A model generated the notes under the pieces. That model made no database searches. It worked only from the letters and a program-made list of their open reading frames with translations, and was not told where the DNA came from. The position numbers were made by a program, and so were the translations under genes. DNA of 64,000 bases from Patescibacteria group bacterium (GTDB lineage: Bacteria; Patescibacteriota; Minisyncoccia; 2-02-FULL-40-12; GWA2-44-9): positions 83,282 through 147,281 of the forward strand of contig JBBTYA010000002.1 of the NCBI GenBank assembly GCA_038061995.1. The letters run 5' to 3'. Within the stretch, counting starts at the first letter, position 1, and the number at the start of each line of letters is the position of its first letter. Positions 40,116 through 48,698 of this stretch are shown here, piece by piece.

Positions 40116-40874
40116 TTACGAGTCTGATTCTTCTGCGGCACGAGACACGGCATCCGTTGCATACGCGAGGAGTGCAAGGTTGCGACGGTAATCCATGCGC
40201 ATAGGGCCAATAATAGTGAGGAGTCCGGACATATTCCCTGGCAAGCGGTATCGAGCGACAATCACTGCTTCGTCTTGGATAGTACGCACAGGGTTCTCGC
40301 GCCCAATAAAGATGCGGTAAGGTTCGCTCTGCCACTTTCCAAACAATGCGTCATCGAGTCCTCCGCCGAACAAATCATCGAAGCGGTCAACGAAATGCAT
40401 GACCTGCATGGTACGCTCAAGGCGTTGAAATTCTGGAAACGCCATAAGCTCCGAGAGCCCAAATTTATAAAAGTCATCATAGTCTCGGATATGCGCGATG
40501 ACAGCGCTATCAAGAAGGTCGGCAAGTGTTGCGGCAAGATGCCTACTGAGAAGTCGCGAGTCTAAGCCCGCCTCTCCTACTAGCGCATCAATGCGACGAC
40601 GATCACGGACGGGAACAGCTGCATGCTCATCACGCTTTACGAGTTCATCCACCAGCCATCGGTAGGCGCGGTCGGTGGGCACGCGTCCAGCAGAGGTGTG
40701 CGGCTGGGTAAGGAACCCAAGCTCTTCAAGCACCTGCATATCATTACGAATAGTTGCAGGGCTCACATCCATGCCAGCGTGCGCGCACACAACAGCAGAG
40801 CCAACGGGTTCTGCGGTCCGTACATAGGTTCGAATAACGAACTCCAGTAAGCGTTCTTGTCGTTCTGTCAGCAT
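40116..40874 (-). CDS. hrcA: heat-inducible repressor HrcA (short form)
   Basis: LTERQ, EPVGS, SPATIRNDM, QPHTSAGRVPT, IGPMRMDY. Confidence 0.95.
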   Translation of the reverse strand: MLTERQERLLEFVIRTYVRTAEPVGSAVVCAHAGMDVSPATIRNDMQVLEELGFLTQPHTSAGRVPTDRAYRWLVDELVKRDEHAAVPVRDRRRIDALVGEAGLDSRLLSRHLAATLADLLDSAVIAHIRDYDDFYKFGLSELMAFPEFQRLERTMQVMHFVDRFDDLFGGGLDDALFGKWQSEPYRIFIGRENPVRTIQDEAVIVARYRLPGNMSGLLTIIGPMRMDYRRNLALLAYATDAVSRAAEESDS

Positions 40875-40894
40875 GCTTCCGCAGTATAGAAAAA

Positions 40895-40921
40895 TTAGCA
40901 CTCTCTAGTCAAGAGTGCTAA
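40895..40921. promoter_or_regulatory. CIRCE operator overlapping the hrcA promoter
   Basis: perfect TTAGCACTC-N9-GAGTGCTAA; minus-strand TTGACT (40907-40912) and TATACT (40883-40888). Confidence 0.97.
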
Positions 40922-40942
40922 AACCCCCTTTCTGTGGACATG

Positions 40943-41650
40943 TCAGAGCCCGAAAAAACGGAAGAGTGCGTCGAAAGATGCGATGCGCTCAAGGCGCTGT
41001 GTTACTACTAAAACACCCAACGCAACAAGGAGAACTCCAAACCCCTTTGAAATGTAAGGCAAGGCTCCGCCCCAGTGCGCGATCCCCTTTTGGAATACTG
41101 ATGCGAACGCAGCTGCCAACAAAAATGGGATACCAAGCCCAAGCGCATACGCCATAAGTAATACAAAGGCTGTTCCCGGCTGTGTGATAGAGAGCGTGAG
41201 AATCGCTCCCAAAATTGCTCCAACGCATGGCGTCCACCCTGCGGCGAAAGCGGCTCCGAATACAAACGACGTGAGCCATCGCTGGGAAGGATTCGCGTGC
41301 ACGCGCAACGCATGCGTTTGTGCAAACCAAGGGATGCGTATGACGTCCATCAACACGAAACCGAACAGCATAATCACACCCCCGCCAATGCGCGACATCC
41401 ATATACGTGCATCATAGGCAACGGTTGCGAGGATGGTATTAAGCAAAACACCCAACACCGCGAACACTAATGAAAAGCCGATAACGAACCACGCAGCATT
41501 CACGAGCATGTCGCGCCGGCGATGCGACGCATCAGCTACTGTCGTTCCCGCAAGATACGCTAGAAACCCGGGGACAATAGGCACAATGCAAGGAGAGAGA
41601 AAGGAAACGAGCCCTCCAACAAACGCTGCAATAATAGGGAATTCAAGCAT
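40943..41650 (-). CDS. ccdA: CcdA/DsbD-family cytochrome c biogenesis protein
   Basis: SFLSPCIVP, GWTPCVG, YALGLGIPF. Confidence 0.9.
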   Translation of the reverse strand: MLEFPIIAAFVGGLVSFLSPCIVPIVPGFLAYLAGTTVADASHRRRDMLVNAAWFVIGFSLVFAVLGVLLNTILATVAYDARIWMSRIGGGVIMLFGFVLMDVIRIPWFAQTHALRVHANPSQRWLTSFVFGAAFAAGWTPCVGAILGAILTLSITQPGTAFVLLMAYALGLGIPFLLAAAFASVFQKGIAHWGGALPYISKGFGVLLVALGVLVVTQRLERIASFDALFRFFGL

Positions 41651-41656
41651 GGAGCG

Positions 41657-42280
41657 TTATTGCGATGCTTTGGTGATTTCTTGCACGTATCGAGCGACGT
41701 CCCACGATTCTCCAGACTTGAGGACGGCTGATCCATTGTTTACAAACACTTTGGTGTGCTGATAGGCAATACCAAATTCACGCGCAAGGCCCTTCTCTAC
41801 GTCGTCTGTATCTGAATCATTATAATTCACACGGAATCCAACAACGCGATCCGTTTTGAGCTGGTTGAATGCCTGCTCGATATTCGGCATTTCTGCTTTA
41901 CAGATAGGACACCAGTTCGCATAGAAAAAGAGTACGATTATCCTTCCCGATTCTTGTGCAGCCGTGTAATCAGCCACGGAAAAATCCAGAAGCGGCGCAC
42001 TAGACCCAGCCAGTTTCTTTCCAGTGAAGGCCACGGGTTGCACTGAAAGTGCACTTTTTTGCATAGCAATGCGTGACGAGTCGCTATCCGTAGGCGCCTG
42101 CGCAAGTGCTGATGTCTCTGGGCGCATTGAAGAAGGCGTCGGGATAACGGGTTCGTCGCGTGCCGTCTCGTCATACATCCCATAGCGGACATACAGCGCG
42201 CTTCCTGCGATCACAAGCCCCGCGAGAAGTGCAATAATTCCTACGGGAGAAATTCCTCGTTCTGTGTGAGTGATAACCAT
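41657..42280 (-). CDS. membrane-anchored thioredoxin-like protein
   Basis: FYANWCPIC motif; N-terminal TM. Confidence 0.88.
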   Translation of the reverse strand: MVITHTERGISPVGIIALLAGLVIAGSALYVRYGMYDETARDEPVIPTPSSMRPETSALAQAPTDSDSSRIAMQKSALSVQPVAFTGKKLAGSSAPLLDFSVADYTAAQESGRIIVLFFYANWCPICKAEMPNIEQAFNQLKTDRVVGFRVNYNDSDTDDVEKGLAREFGIAYQHTKVFVNNGSAVLKSGESWDVARYVQEITKASQ

Positions 42281-42363
42281 AGTGAGGACCAGTATATCAT
42301 ACACATATCCACGCTCCAGATACGTGCGGTGCATGGTATACTTTACATACATCATTCATCCCC

Positions 42364-43635
42364 GTGGCATTCTTTCGCTCTATTCGATCACTCTGGAAAG
42401 CACTTGGACCTGGTTTAGTGACCGGAGCTTCAGATAACGATCCTTCCGGCATCGCATCATACTCTATCGCTGGAGCAAAAACGGGCTTTGCGCTTCTGTG
42501 GGCACTCCCTTTTGCAATCCCCTTCATGGTCGCTATCCAAGAAATGAGCGCGCGCATCGGCGCGCTTTCTGCATGTGGGCTCACCGGCAACATTAAGCGC
42601 CATTACCCAACATGGCTCCTTGCTATTGTGTCAGGGGGCATCATTGGTGCGAATGTGCTCAATATCGGAGCAGACATCGCTGGCATGACGAGCGCCGCTC
42701 AATTACTCTTCCCAACCCTCCCCACGATGCTCACTGCCACGCTCTTCACCATACTCATTGTGGGAATGATTATCTGGCTACGCTATGCAACGATCGTCGC
42801 TGTTTTTAAATGGCTCGCACTTTCATTGTTAGCCTACGTCGCCGCGTTCGCTATTGTGCGTGGGGATGCGTATGACATGTTGATACATACACTTCTGCCC
42901 GCGCTTGCATGGGATCGTGAGACGGTGCTTATGTTTTTTGCCATTCTGGGTACTACCATTTCGCCGTACCTCTACTTCTGGCAATCCAGTGAAGAGGCAG
43001 AGGAAGTGCGAGAAAGAAATACGCGCATTCGTGTATGTAAATTCCGACCGCTTTCCGACAACCGCCTAAACGTTATTGAGCTCGACACCGCCATCGGTAT
43101 GTCGTTCTCAAATATTGTTGCTTATTTTATTGTAGCGCTCACGGGAGCAACGCTTTTCAGCGCTGGGGCGCGTGATGTAGAAACAATCGCTCACATTGCA
43201 GAAGCACTTCGTCCGCTTGCTGGAGAATATGCATACACTCTTTTTGCGCTTGGGCTTATTAGTTCTGGATTTCTAGCCATTCCCGTTCTTGCAGGCTCTG
43301 CTGCGTACGTGCTTGCAGAGATCTTTGATTGGGAGCGCAGTCTCGATAAGCCATTTTCTCGTGCGCGCGCTTTTTATATCGTTCTTGCGCTCTCTGCATT
43401 CATTGGGCTTATCGTTCCGCTCGGTGGCATCTCTCCTGTGCAAGCGCTCTTTTATACTGCGATCCTCCACGCTATCGTTTCACCGCCACTCATCCTTCTT
43501 ATCACTCACATGGCAAGCAATAAAGCGATCGTTGGTGATCATATTAGCAGCCCCACCATACGCGGGCTTGCACTGGGCGCTTGTTGGGTCATGGCAATCA
43601 CCGGCATTTTGCTTATAATACCTGGTATATGGTAA
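42364..43635 (+). CDS. NRAMP-family divalent metal transporter
   Basis: LGPGLVTGASDNDPSGI, GTTISPY. Confidence 0.9.
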   Translation: MAFFRSIRSLWKALGPGLVTGASDNDPSGIASYSIAGAKTGFALLWALPFAIPFMVAIQEMSARIGALSACGLTGNIKRHYPTWLLAIVSGGIIGANVLNIGADIAGMTSAAQLLFPTLPTMLTATLFTILIVGMIIWLRYATIVAVFKWLALSLLAYVAAFAIVRGDAYDMLIHTLLPALAWDRETVLMFFAILGTTISPYLYFWQSSEEAEEVRERNTRIRVCKFRPLSDNRLNVIELDTAIGMSFSNIVAYFIVALTGATLFSAGARDVETIAHIAEALRPLAGEYAYTLFALGLISSGFLAIPVLAGSAAYVLAEIFDWERSLDKPFSRARAFYIVLALSAFIGLIVPLGGISPVQALFYTAILHAIVSPPLILLITHMASNKAIVGDHISSPTIRGLALGACWVMAITGILLIIPGIW

Positions 43636-45089
43636 ACGCATACAACACACGAACGAAACAAGTTGAACCCCTCGCTGCTGATGGCGACACAATTCGCATG
43701 TTTGTGTGCGGACCAACGGTCTACGATTACATTCATATTGGAAATGCGCGCACCTTTGTAGTGTTCGATGTTGTTGCACGTGCGCTTCGTGCGCAGGGCG
43801 TGCAGGTAACCTACATTCAGAACATCACCGATATTGATAATAAGATCATTCAACGTGCACACACGGAGAAAAAAGCAGCAGAAGATGTCGCACGCTATTT
43901 CACGCAAGCTTTTTACACAGATACACGCGCTCTCGGCATCACGAGCCCTAGTGCGTATGTGCGGGCGACAGATGTTATCACTGCAATTATTCAACAAATT
44001 CAAACACTCATCAGCAAGCGTTATGCCTATGCCGTACCAGCTCGCAAAGCAGAAGGACACGCCGCTCTTGATCCAGTAGGGCTTTCAGATGTGTATTTCG
44101 ATGTGCGCGCTTATGAAGCCGATTTTCCGCATGCCTATGGCGCCCTTTCGGGACATACAGATCCAAAGCAGCTTGTAGAGGGTTCTCGCATCGCTCTTGA
44201 AGAAAACAAGCGGAGCGCACGTGATTTTGTGCTCTGGAAAGCGAAAAACTACGCCTACGAGCCTTCGTGGGAGTCTCCCTGGGGTCATGGCCGCCCTGGG
44301 TGGCACATTGAAGATACGGCCATTAGCGAAACATACTTCGGCTCGCAGTATGATCTCCATGGAGGTGCTCAGGATCTCATATTCCCCCACCACGAAGCAG
44401 AGATAGCACAACAACAAGCGGCATCAGGAAAGACACCGTTTGTGCGCCATTGGATGCATGCAGGCTTCTTGCATATGGGTGAAGAAAAGATGTCGAAGTC
44501 CCTCGGCAATATTGTTTCTCTTCGAGAGCTATTAGAAAAGTATTCTCCGCAGGCCATTCGCCTCTTCCTATTGGGTGCACACTATCGCTCGCCGCTCACG
44601 TTTTCATATGAAGCCCTCGATGCAAGTGAAACAGCAGTGAATCGTATCCGAGAATGCCTTGATCGCCTTGTTGCGCAAGAAGAAAACACCCCGCAAGCGC
44701 ACACGCATGACGGAGTTATCGCACATGAGCTTGCCACGCAACACGAGGCGGCACTTGTAGCATTAAACAATGACTTTGATACGCCCGCTGTTATCGCGGC
44801 GCTCTTTGAAAGCATCCGCACTATCAATACCGCACTTGATAAGCACGCTATTGATATGCACTCGGCGCAGAAAGTATTCCAACTGTTTGATTTCTTCGAT
44901 GCCGTCCTTGGCGTGATCCCACGCCCCAGCGCACCTATCCCAGAAGACATTCGTGAACTGGCTGAACAGCGACAAGAAGCAAAGCAGGCAAAAACATTCG
45001 CGCTCGCAGATGAACTCCGAGATCTCATTATCCAAAAGGGCTACGCTATCGACGACACCTCAACGGGATACCGTTTAAAGCGCAAATAA
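43629..45089 (+). CDS. cysS: cysteine--tRNA ligase
   Basis: CGPTVY..HIGNAR, GRPGWHIE, FPHHE, KMSKS. Confidence 0.97.
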   Translation: MVNAYNTRTKQVEPLAADGDTIRMFVCGPTVYDYIHIGNARTFVVFDVVARALRAQGVQVTYIQNITDIDNKIIQRAHTEKKAAEDVARYFTQAFYTDTRALGITSPSAYVRATDVITAIIQQIQTLISKRYAYAVPARKAEGHAALDPVGLSDVYFDVRAYEADFPHAYGALSGHTDPKQLVEGSRIALEENKRSARDFVLWKAKNYAYEPSWESPWGHGRPGWHIEDTAISETYFGSQYDLHGGAQDLIFPHHEAEIAQQQAASGKTPFVRHWMHAGFLHMGEEKMSKSLGNIVSLRELLEKYSPQAIRLFLLGAHYRSPLTFSYEALDASETAVNRIRECLDRLVAQEENTPQAHTHDGVIAHELATQHEAALVALNNDFDTPAVIAALFESIRTINTALDKHAIDMHSAQKVFQLFDFFDAVLGVIPRPSAPIPEDIRELAEQRQEAKQAKTFALADELRDLIIQKGYAIDDTSTGYRLKRK

Positions 45090-45142
45090 AAAGGAGGTGG
45101 CAATGTTACGCCACCTCCTTCGCCAGAGAGTGCCCCTAGCGA

Positions 45143-45316
45143 TCAGGCGATCACGGAGACCTTCGCGAGCGGCACACTCCGCTCGATCCCGCTCTCGCCA
45201 CAGAACGTCACGAACTCTTCTCCTTCCCTGCGGAAGAGACCGGCCACCGCGTACTTGGCGCCCTGATACAGAATGGCGCGCGGCTGGGTCGCGGTGAACT
45301 GCCGGAGCTTGGGCAT
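45143..45316 (-). CDS. orphan 57-aa protein
   Basis: TAAGGAGG SD before ATG 45316; TTGACC promoter; terminator 45088-45120. Confidence 0.55.
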   Translation of the reverse strand: MPKLRQFTATQPRAILYQGAKYAVAGLFRREGEEFVTFCGESGIERSVPLAKVSVIA

Positions 45317-45450
45317 GCGTTCCCTCCTTAGTAAAGGCATGCGTCGTGAAGGTATTATTATACGCCTTTTTCCTAGAAGGTCAAAGGGTTGGCGCAGACA
45401 TCCACACACTCTCCACAGAAAGAGTTGCCAGCGCAGAGAGAAGATGAATA

Positions 45451-46842
45451 ATGAGCTCCATGGCAGGCACTGCACCACAAGTCCCCACACAGACGCCCCC
45501 GCACAGCACTGATGCGGAAAAAACGCTTTTAGGAGCTTTACTCATTGATCGTGAGGCAATCAACCGCGTTGTTGATTTCCTTCGTCCTGAAGATTTCTAT
45601 CACCGTAACCACCAGCACGTTTACGAGGCCGTCATTTCTCTCTTTGAGAAGCGTGATGCTATTGATGTATTAAGCGTCTCCAACGTGCTTGCGGAACGTG
45701 GAGTGCTTACTGATGTCGGCGGCGTAGGGTTTCTTACCTCTCTAGCAAGCGCGGTTCCCTCTGCGGCACACGCCTCAACCTACGGTCGTATTCTTCAAAA
45801 GAAACGTACGCTGCGCAACCTCATTGACGTTGCACATGAGATCATTGGCCTTGGATATCGCGAAGATGAAGATACAGAAACACTCCTCGACGAAGCTGAG
45901 CGTAAATTGTTCGCTATCGGAGAGAAATCTCGCCCGCAGAATTTCACAGCTCTCGCGAGTAGTTTAGATGCCGCAATGGAGCGCATCAGCACGCAAGATA
46001 CCGGCGAATTACGCGGCCTCCCCACGCGTCATACGAAACTTGATGAAATGCTCGGCGGGTTCCAGCGCTCTGATTTGGTTATTATTGCCGCGCGCCCCTC
46101 GGTGGGTAAAACTGCGTTCTCTATTGATATCGCGGGACGTCTTGCTGCAAATGGAACTCCGATTGCCATCTTCAGCTTGGAAATGTCTACGGATCAGGTT
46201 GTTGATCGTTTCATCGCATCAAAATCAGGAGTGTCACTTTGGAAGCTCCGCACCGGTCGCCTCTCACATGATGGCGTTGATAATGACTTCCTTCGTATCA
46301 CCACTGCTATTAGTGAGCTCAAAAACACACCAGTGTTCATTGATGACAGCGCGAGCATGAACGTGCTCCAAATGCGTGCGGTGGCCCGTCGCCTCCATGC
46401 AGAACACGGCCTTGGCGCAGTAGTAGTCGACTATCTCCAGCTCATGGCAGGCCGCAAAGATTATGACAGCGCCGTACAGCAAGTAACTGAGATCTCACGC
46501 GGGCTCAAGGGGCTCGCCAAAGAGCTCAACATTCCTGTCATTGCCCTCTCTCAGCTCTCACGCGCCATTGAAAGCCGCGATGGTCACCGCCCGAAACTGT
46601 CCGACTTGCGCGATTCGGGTTCTATTGAACAAGATGCGGATGTTGTCATGTTTATTCACCGCGACGACAAAGTGAACTTCTCGAAGGCCCAACAAGAGAA
46701 CAAGCTCAACATGGCACAGCTCATCATTGCAAAACATCGTAACGGCCCCACAGGCGACATTGATTTCTATATTGACCCAGATAGTTTACAATTCTACGAA
46801 GTAGACCGTCAGCACAACTTTGACGGCCCCGCAACGTTCTAA
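45451..46842 (+). CDS. dnaB: replicative DNA helicase
   Basis: AARPSVGKT, FSLEMS, VDYLQLM, LSQLSR, DLRDSGSIEQDAD, KHRNGP. Confidence 0.98.
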   Translation: MSSMAGTAPQVPTQTPPHSTDAEKTLLGALLIDREAINRVVDFLRPEDFYHRNHQHVYEAVISLFEKRDAIDVLSVSNVLAERGVLTDVGGVGFLTSLASAVPSAAHASTYGRILQKKRTLRNLIDVAHEIIGLGYREDEDTETLLDEAERKLFAIGEKSRPQNFTALASSLDAAMERISTQDTGELRGLPTRHTKLDEMLGGFQRSDLVIIAARPSVGKTAFSIDIAGRLAANGTPIAIFSLEMSTDQVVDRFIASKSGVSLWKLRTGRLSHDGVDNDFLRITTAISELKNTPVFIDDSASMNVLQMRAVARRLHAEHGLGAVVVDYLQLMAGRKDYDSAVQQVTEISRGLKGLAKELNIPVIALSQLSRAIESRDGHRPKLSDLRDSGSIEQDADVVMFIHRDDKVNFSKAQQENKLNMAQLIIAKHRNGPTGDIDFYIDPDSLQFYEVDRQHNFDGPATF

Positions 46843-46848
46843 CTTCCC

Positions 46849-47448
46849 ATGAACGAACACATCATTGCGCTTTCGCGCATGCTTCAGAAACTCCCAGGCG
46901 TAGGCCCCCGCCAAGCACTACGCTTTGTCTTAGCCCTTATGAATCACGATGAGCGAGATCTCGTGATGTTGGGCGACGCCATCGCACGACTCAGAACGGC
47001 GGTACAAACGTGTACCACGTGCTTTAACATTTCTGATGGTGATACCTGCAGAGTGTGTGGAGATGCGAAGCGAGATCCATACACTATTCTCGTATTAGAA
47101 AAAGTGACCGATTTAGAATCCGTTGAGCGCACCGGGCTTTATCGTGGCCGCTATCATGTACTTGGCGGTTCTATCCACCCCGCAGACGGCGTTACCGCCG
47201 ACAATCTCCGCATTCACGAACTCGTAGAGCGTGTAAGTAACCTTGCACACCCCGATCGCCCCGTAGAAGTCATTTTAGCCACCAATGCGCACGCGCCAGG
47301 CGAAACCACCGCCCTCTATATTGAAAGCCTTCTGCGCCCCCTTGAATATGTCCGAATCACCAAACTCGCGCGCGGTCTTTCATCGGGAACGCATGTAGAG
47401 TATGCGGACGAAATGACGCTCAAAAACGCCCTCGATTTTAGAAAATAA
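46849..47448 (+). CDS. recR: recombination protein RecR
   Basis: LPGVGPR, C4 zinc finger, YHVLGG, TOPRIM region, EYADE. Confidence 0.96.
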   Translation: MNEHIIALSRMLQKLPGVGPRQALRFVLALMNHDERDLVMLGDAIARLRTAVQTCTTCFNISDGDTCRVCGDAKRDPYTILVLEKVTDLESVERTGLYRGRYHVLGGSIHPADGVTADNLRIHELVERVSNLAHPDRPVEVILATNAHAPGETTALYIESLLRPLEYVRITKLARGLSSGTHVEYADEMTLKNALDFRK

Positions 47449-47488
47449 AAGAGGCCAAGGACGAATCCTTGGCCCGCGACCCTGCACG

Positions 47489-47752
47489 CTAGGTGCAGAG
47501 TGGCATTCTGGGTGGTTGAGGCGGCCGCGCGATACGCAGCGGCACGATCACCAGAGTCGTCACCTCTTCGGTGAGCGGCTCCGACACGCGGTTGCACTTG
47601 GGGCACGCGTCAGAAAGTCGCTGAGCGGCATCCTGAGCCTCCTCCAGCGTCTTACCGCAGTGGCGGCAGCTCATCACACGGATCGGAACACGATCCGAGC
47701 CCCCGATCAACGAGACGTCCCCGCCACAGCTGGGACACTGTACTGTCGCCAT
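47489..47752 (-). CDS. orphan multi-CxxC zinc-ribbon protein
   Basis: GAGGAGG SD; CPSC, CRHC, CPKC; terminator 47447-47474. Confidence 0.6.
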   Translation of the reverse strand: MATVQCPSCGGDVSLIGGSDRVPIRVMSCRHCGKTLEEAQDAAQRLSDACPKCNRVSEPLTEEVTTLVIVPLRIARPPQPPRMPLCT

Positions 47753-47826
47753 AAGCCTCCTCTTCCCCTCCGTTGCTTTGGGGAAGGTCTATTATGCCAC
47801 AACCACAGAAAAACACAACATCTCCG

Positions 47827-48141
47827 TTATGCGGAGATGTTGGTGATCTTTACCTTCGTAAACAATTGACGGTGGCCCTTCTTTTTGCGGTAGCGGGTTT
47901 TTGCTTTAAAGCGGAAGACCATCTTCTTCTCGCCCTTGCCCTGCTCTAATACTTGGGCAGTTACCTTCGCCTTTTCTACGGTTGGCTGGCCAACGGCAAT
48001 GTCTTTATCATCGGCGGTAAGAAGCACTTCTGAGAAAGTAACTTCTGATCCCTCGGCGGCATCAAGCTTTTCAATATCAAGAATGTCGCCCACAGCGACT
48101 TTATATTGTTTGCCACCAGTCTGAATAACAGCAAATGTCAT
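47827..48141 (-). CDS. rplU: 50S ribosomal protein L21
   Basis: FAVIQTGGKQYKV, KKGHRQ. Confidence 0.97.
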   Translation of the reverse strand: MTFAVIQTGGKQYKVAVGDILDIEKLDAAEGSEVTFSEVLLTADDKDIAVGQPTVEKAKVTAQVLEQGKGEKKMVFRFKAKTRYRKKKGHRQLFTKVKITNISA

Positions 48142-48230
48142 AAGGCTCTTATCATAGCAGAAACACCTAAAAGGTCAAGAAATAGGCTGGGGGACGCGTT
48201 CTCGGATACCCTTCAAATCCAACAGGTTCT

Positions 48231-48270
48231 TAGTACATAAAAACTCCCCAGTGGGAGTCTTTATGTACTA
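48231..48270. terminator. long hairpin immediately 3' of tRNA-Glu
   Basis: TAGTACATAAA.ACTCCC / GGGAGT.TTTATGTACTA. Confidence 0.6.
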
Positions 48271-48271
48271 G

Positions 48272-48346
48272 TAGCCCCGACGGGATTTGAACCCGTGTTA
48301 CTAGAATGAGAATCTAGTGTCCTAGACCGGGCTAGACGACAGGGCC
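48272..48346 (-). tRNA. tRNA-Glu(CTC), CCA not encoded
   Basis: GGCCCTG acceptor; CTAGA-TTCTCAT-TCTAG anticodon arm; ACGGG-TTCAAAT-CCCGT T arm. Confidence 0.95.
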
Positions 48347-48589
48347 AGAATAATTCTTTTCACTAAGAGCTGCTATTCGCTGGGAATAATTTGTCTTTAG
48401 TAGCCGCTCTCTTTTACGAGCTTCTATGCGCGTAGGATATTTTTCAACGTGAATGATATGCCATGGCTTAAAAGCTCTTGTCGAACGAACGCGTCCTGCG
48501 TTATGAGCGACAAGCCGCTTCTCCACATCGGCGCTCATGCCAATGTAGTGCTTCTTCGACGCATTCTCGAGAATATATACGAAATACAT
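48332..48589 (-). CDS. stand-alone GIY-YIG nuclease; stop codon lies inside tRNA-Glu
   Basis: YFVYIL..HYIGMS.D..KRL..HN.G..STR..PW..E..ARKRE..LK. Confidence 0.92.
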   Translation of the reverse strand: MYFVYILENASKKHYIGMSADVEKRLVAHNAGRVRSTRAFKPWHIIHVEKYPTRIEARKRERLLKTNYSQRIAALSEKNYSGPVV

Positions 48590-48608
48590 TCTGTTTTAGA
48601 CCGGGCTA

Positions 48609-48628
48609 CCTGCCTGCCGGCAGGCAGG
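48609..48628. repeat. 20-bp perfect palindrome CCTGCCTGCCGGCAGGCAGG (REP-like micro-insert)
   Basis: self-reverse-complementary; absent from the intact tRNA copy. Confidence 0.85.
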
Positions 48629-48637
48629 GACGACAGG

Positions 48638-48656
48638 CCTGTCCGCCAAAGGCGGA
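48638..48656. repeat. 19-bp CCTG plus TCCGCC-AAA-GGCGGA hairpin (REP-like micro-insert)
   Basis: absent from the intact tRNA copy; removing it restores the tRNA sequence. Confidence 0.8.
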
Positions 48657-48698
48657 GCCAATATGCTAAAACGTCATCTAGTATGCCACAGGGCGGGC

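Larger units (their letters stand above)
48323..48659 (-). mobile_element. GIY-YIG element bounded by direct repeats of the tRNA-Glu 5' end
   Basis: 48597-48660 minus two inserts equals 48323-48347 exactly (25 bp). Confidence 0.7.
48597..48659 (-). pseudogene. displaced tRNA-Glu 5' fragment interrupted by two palindromic inserts
   Basis: TAGACCGGGCTA[20 bp]GACGACAGG[19 bp]GCC on the + strand. Confidence 0.85.

Noticed and set aside
48212-48220. TTCAAATCC matching the tRNA-Glu T-loop in inverted orientation
   Set aside because: Only 9 bp with no flanking stem match, so chance cannot be excluded.
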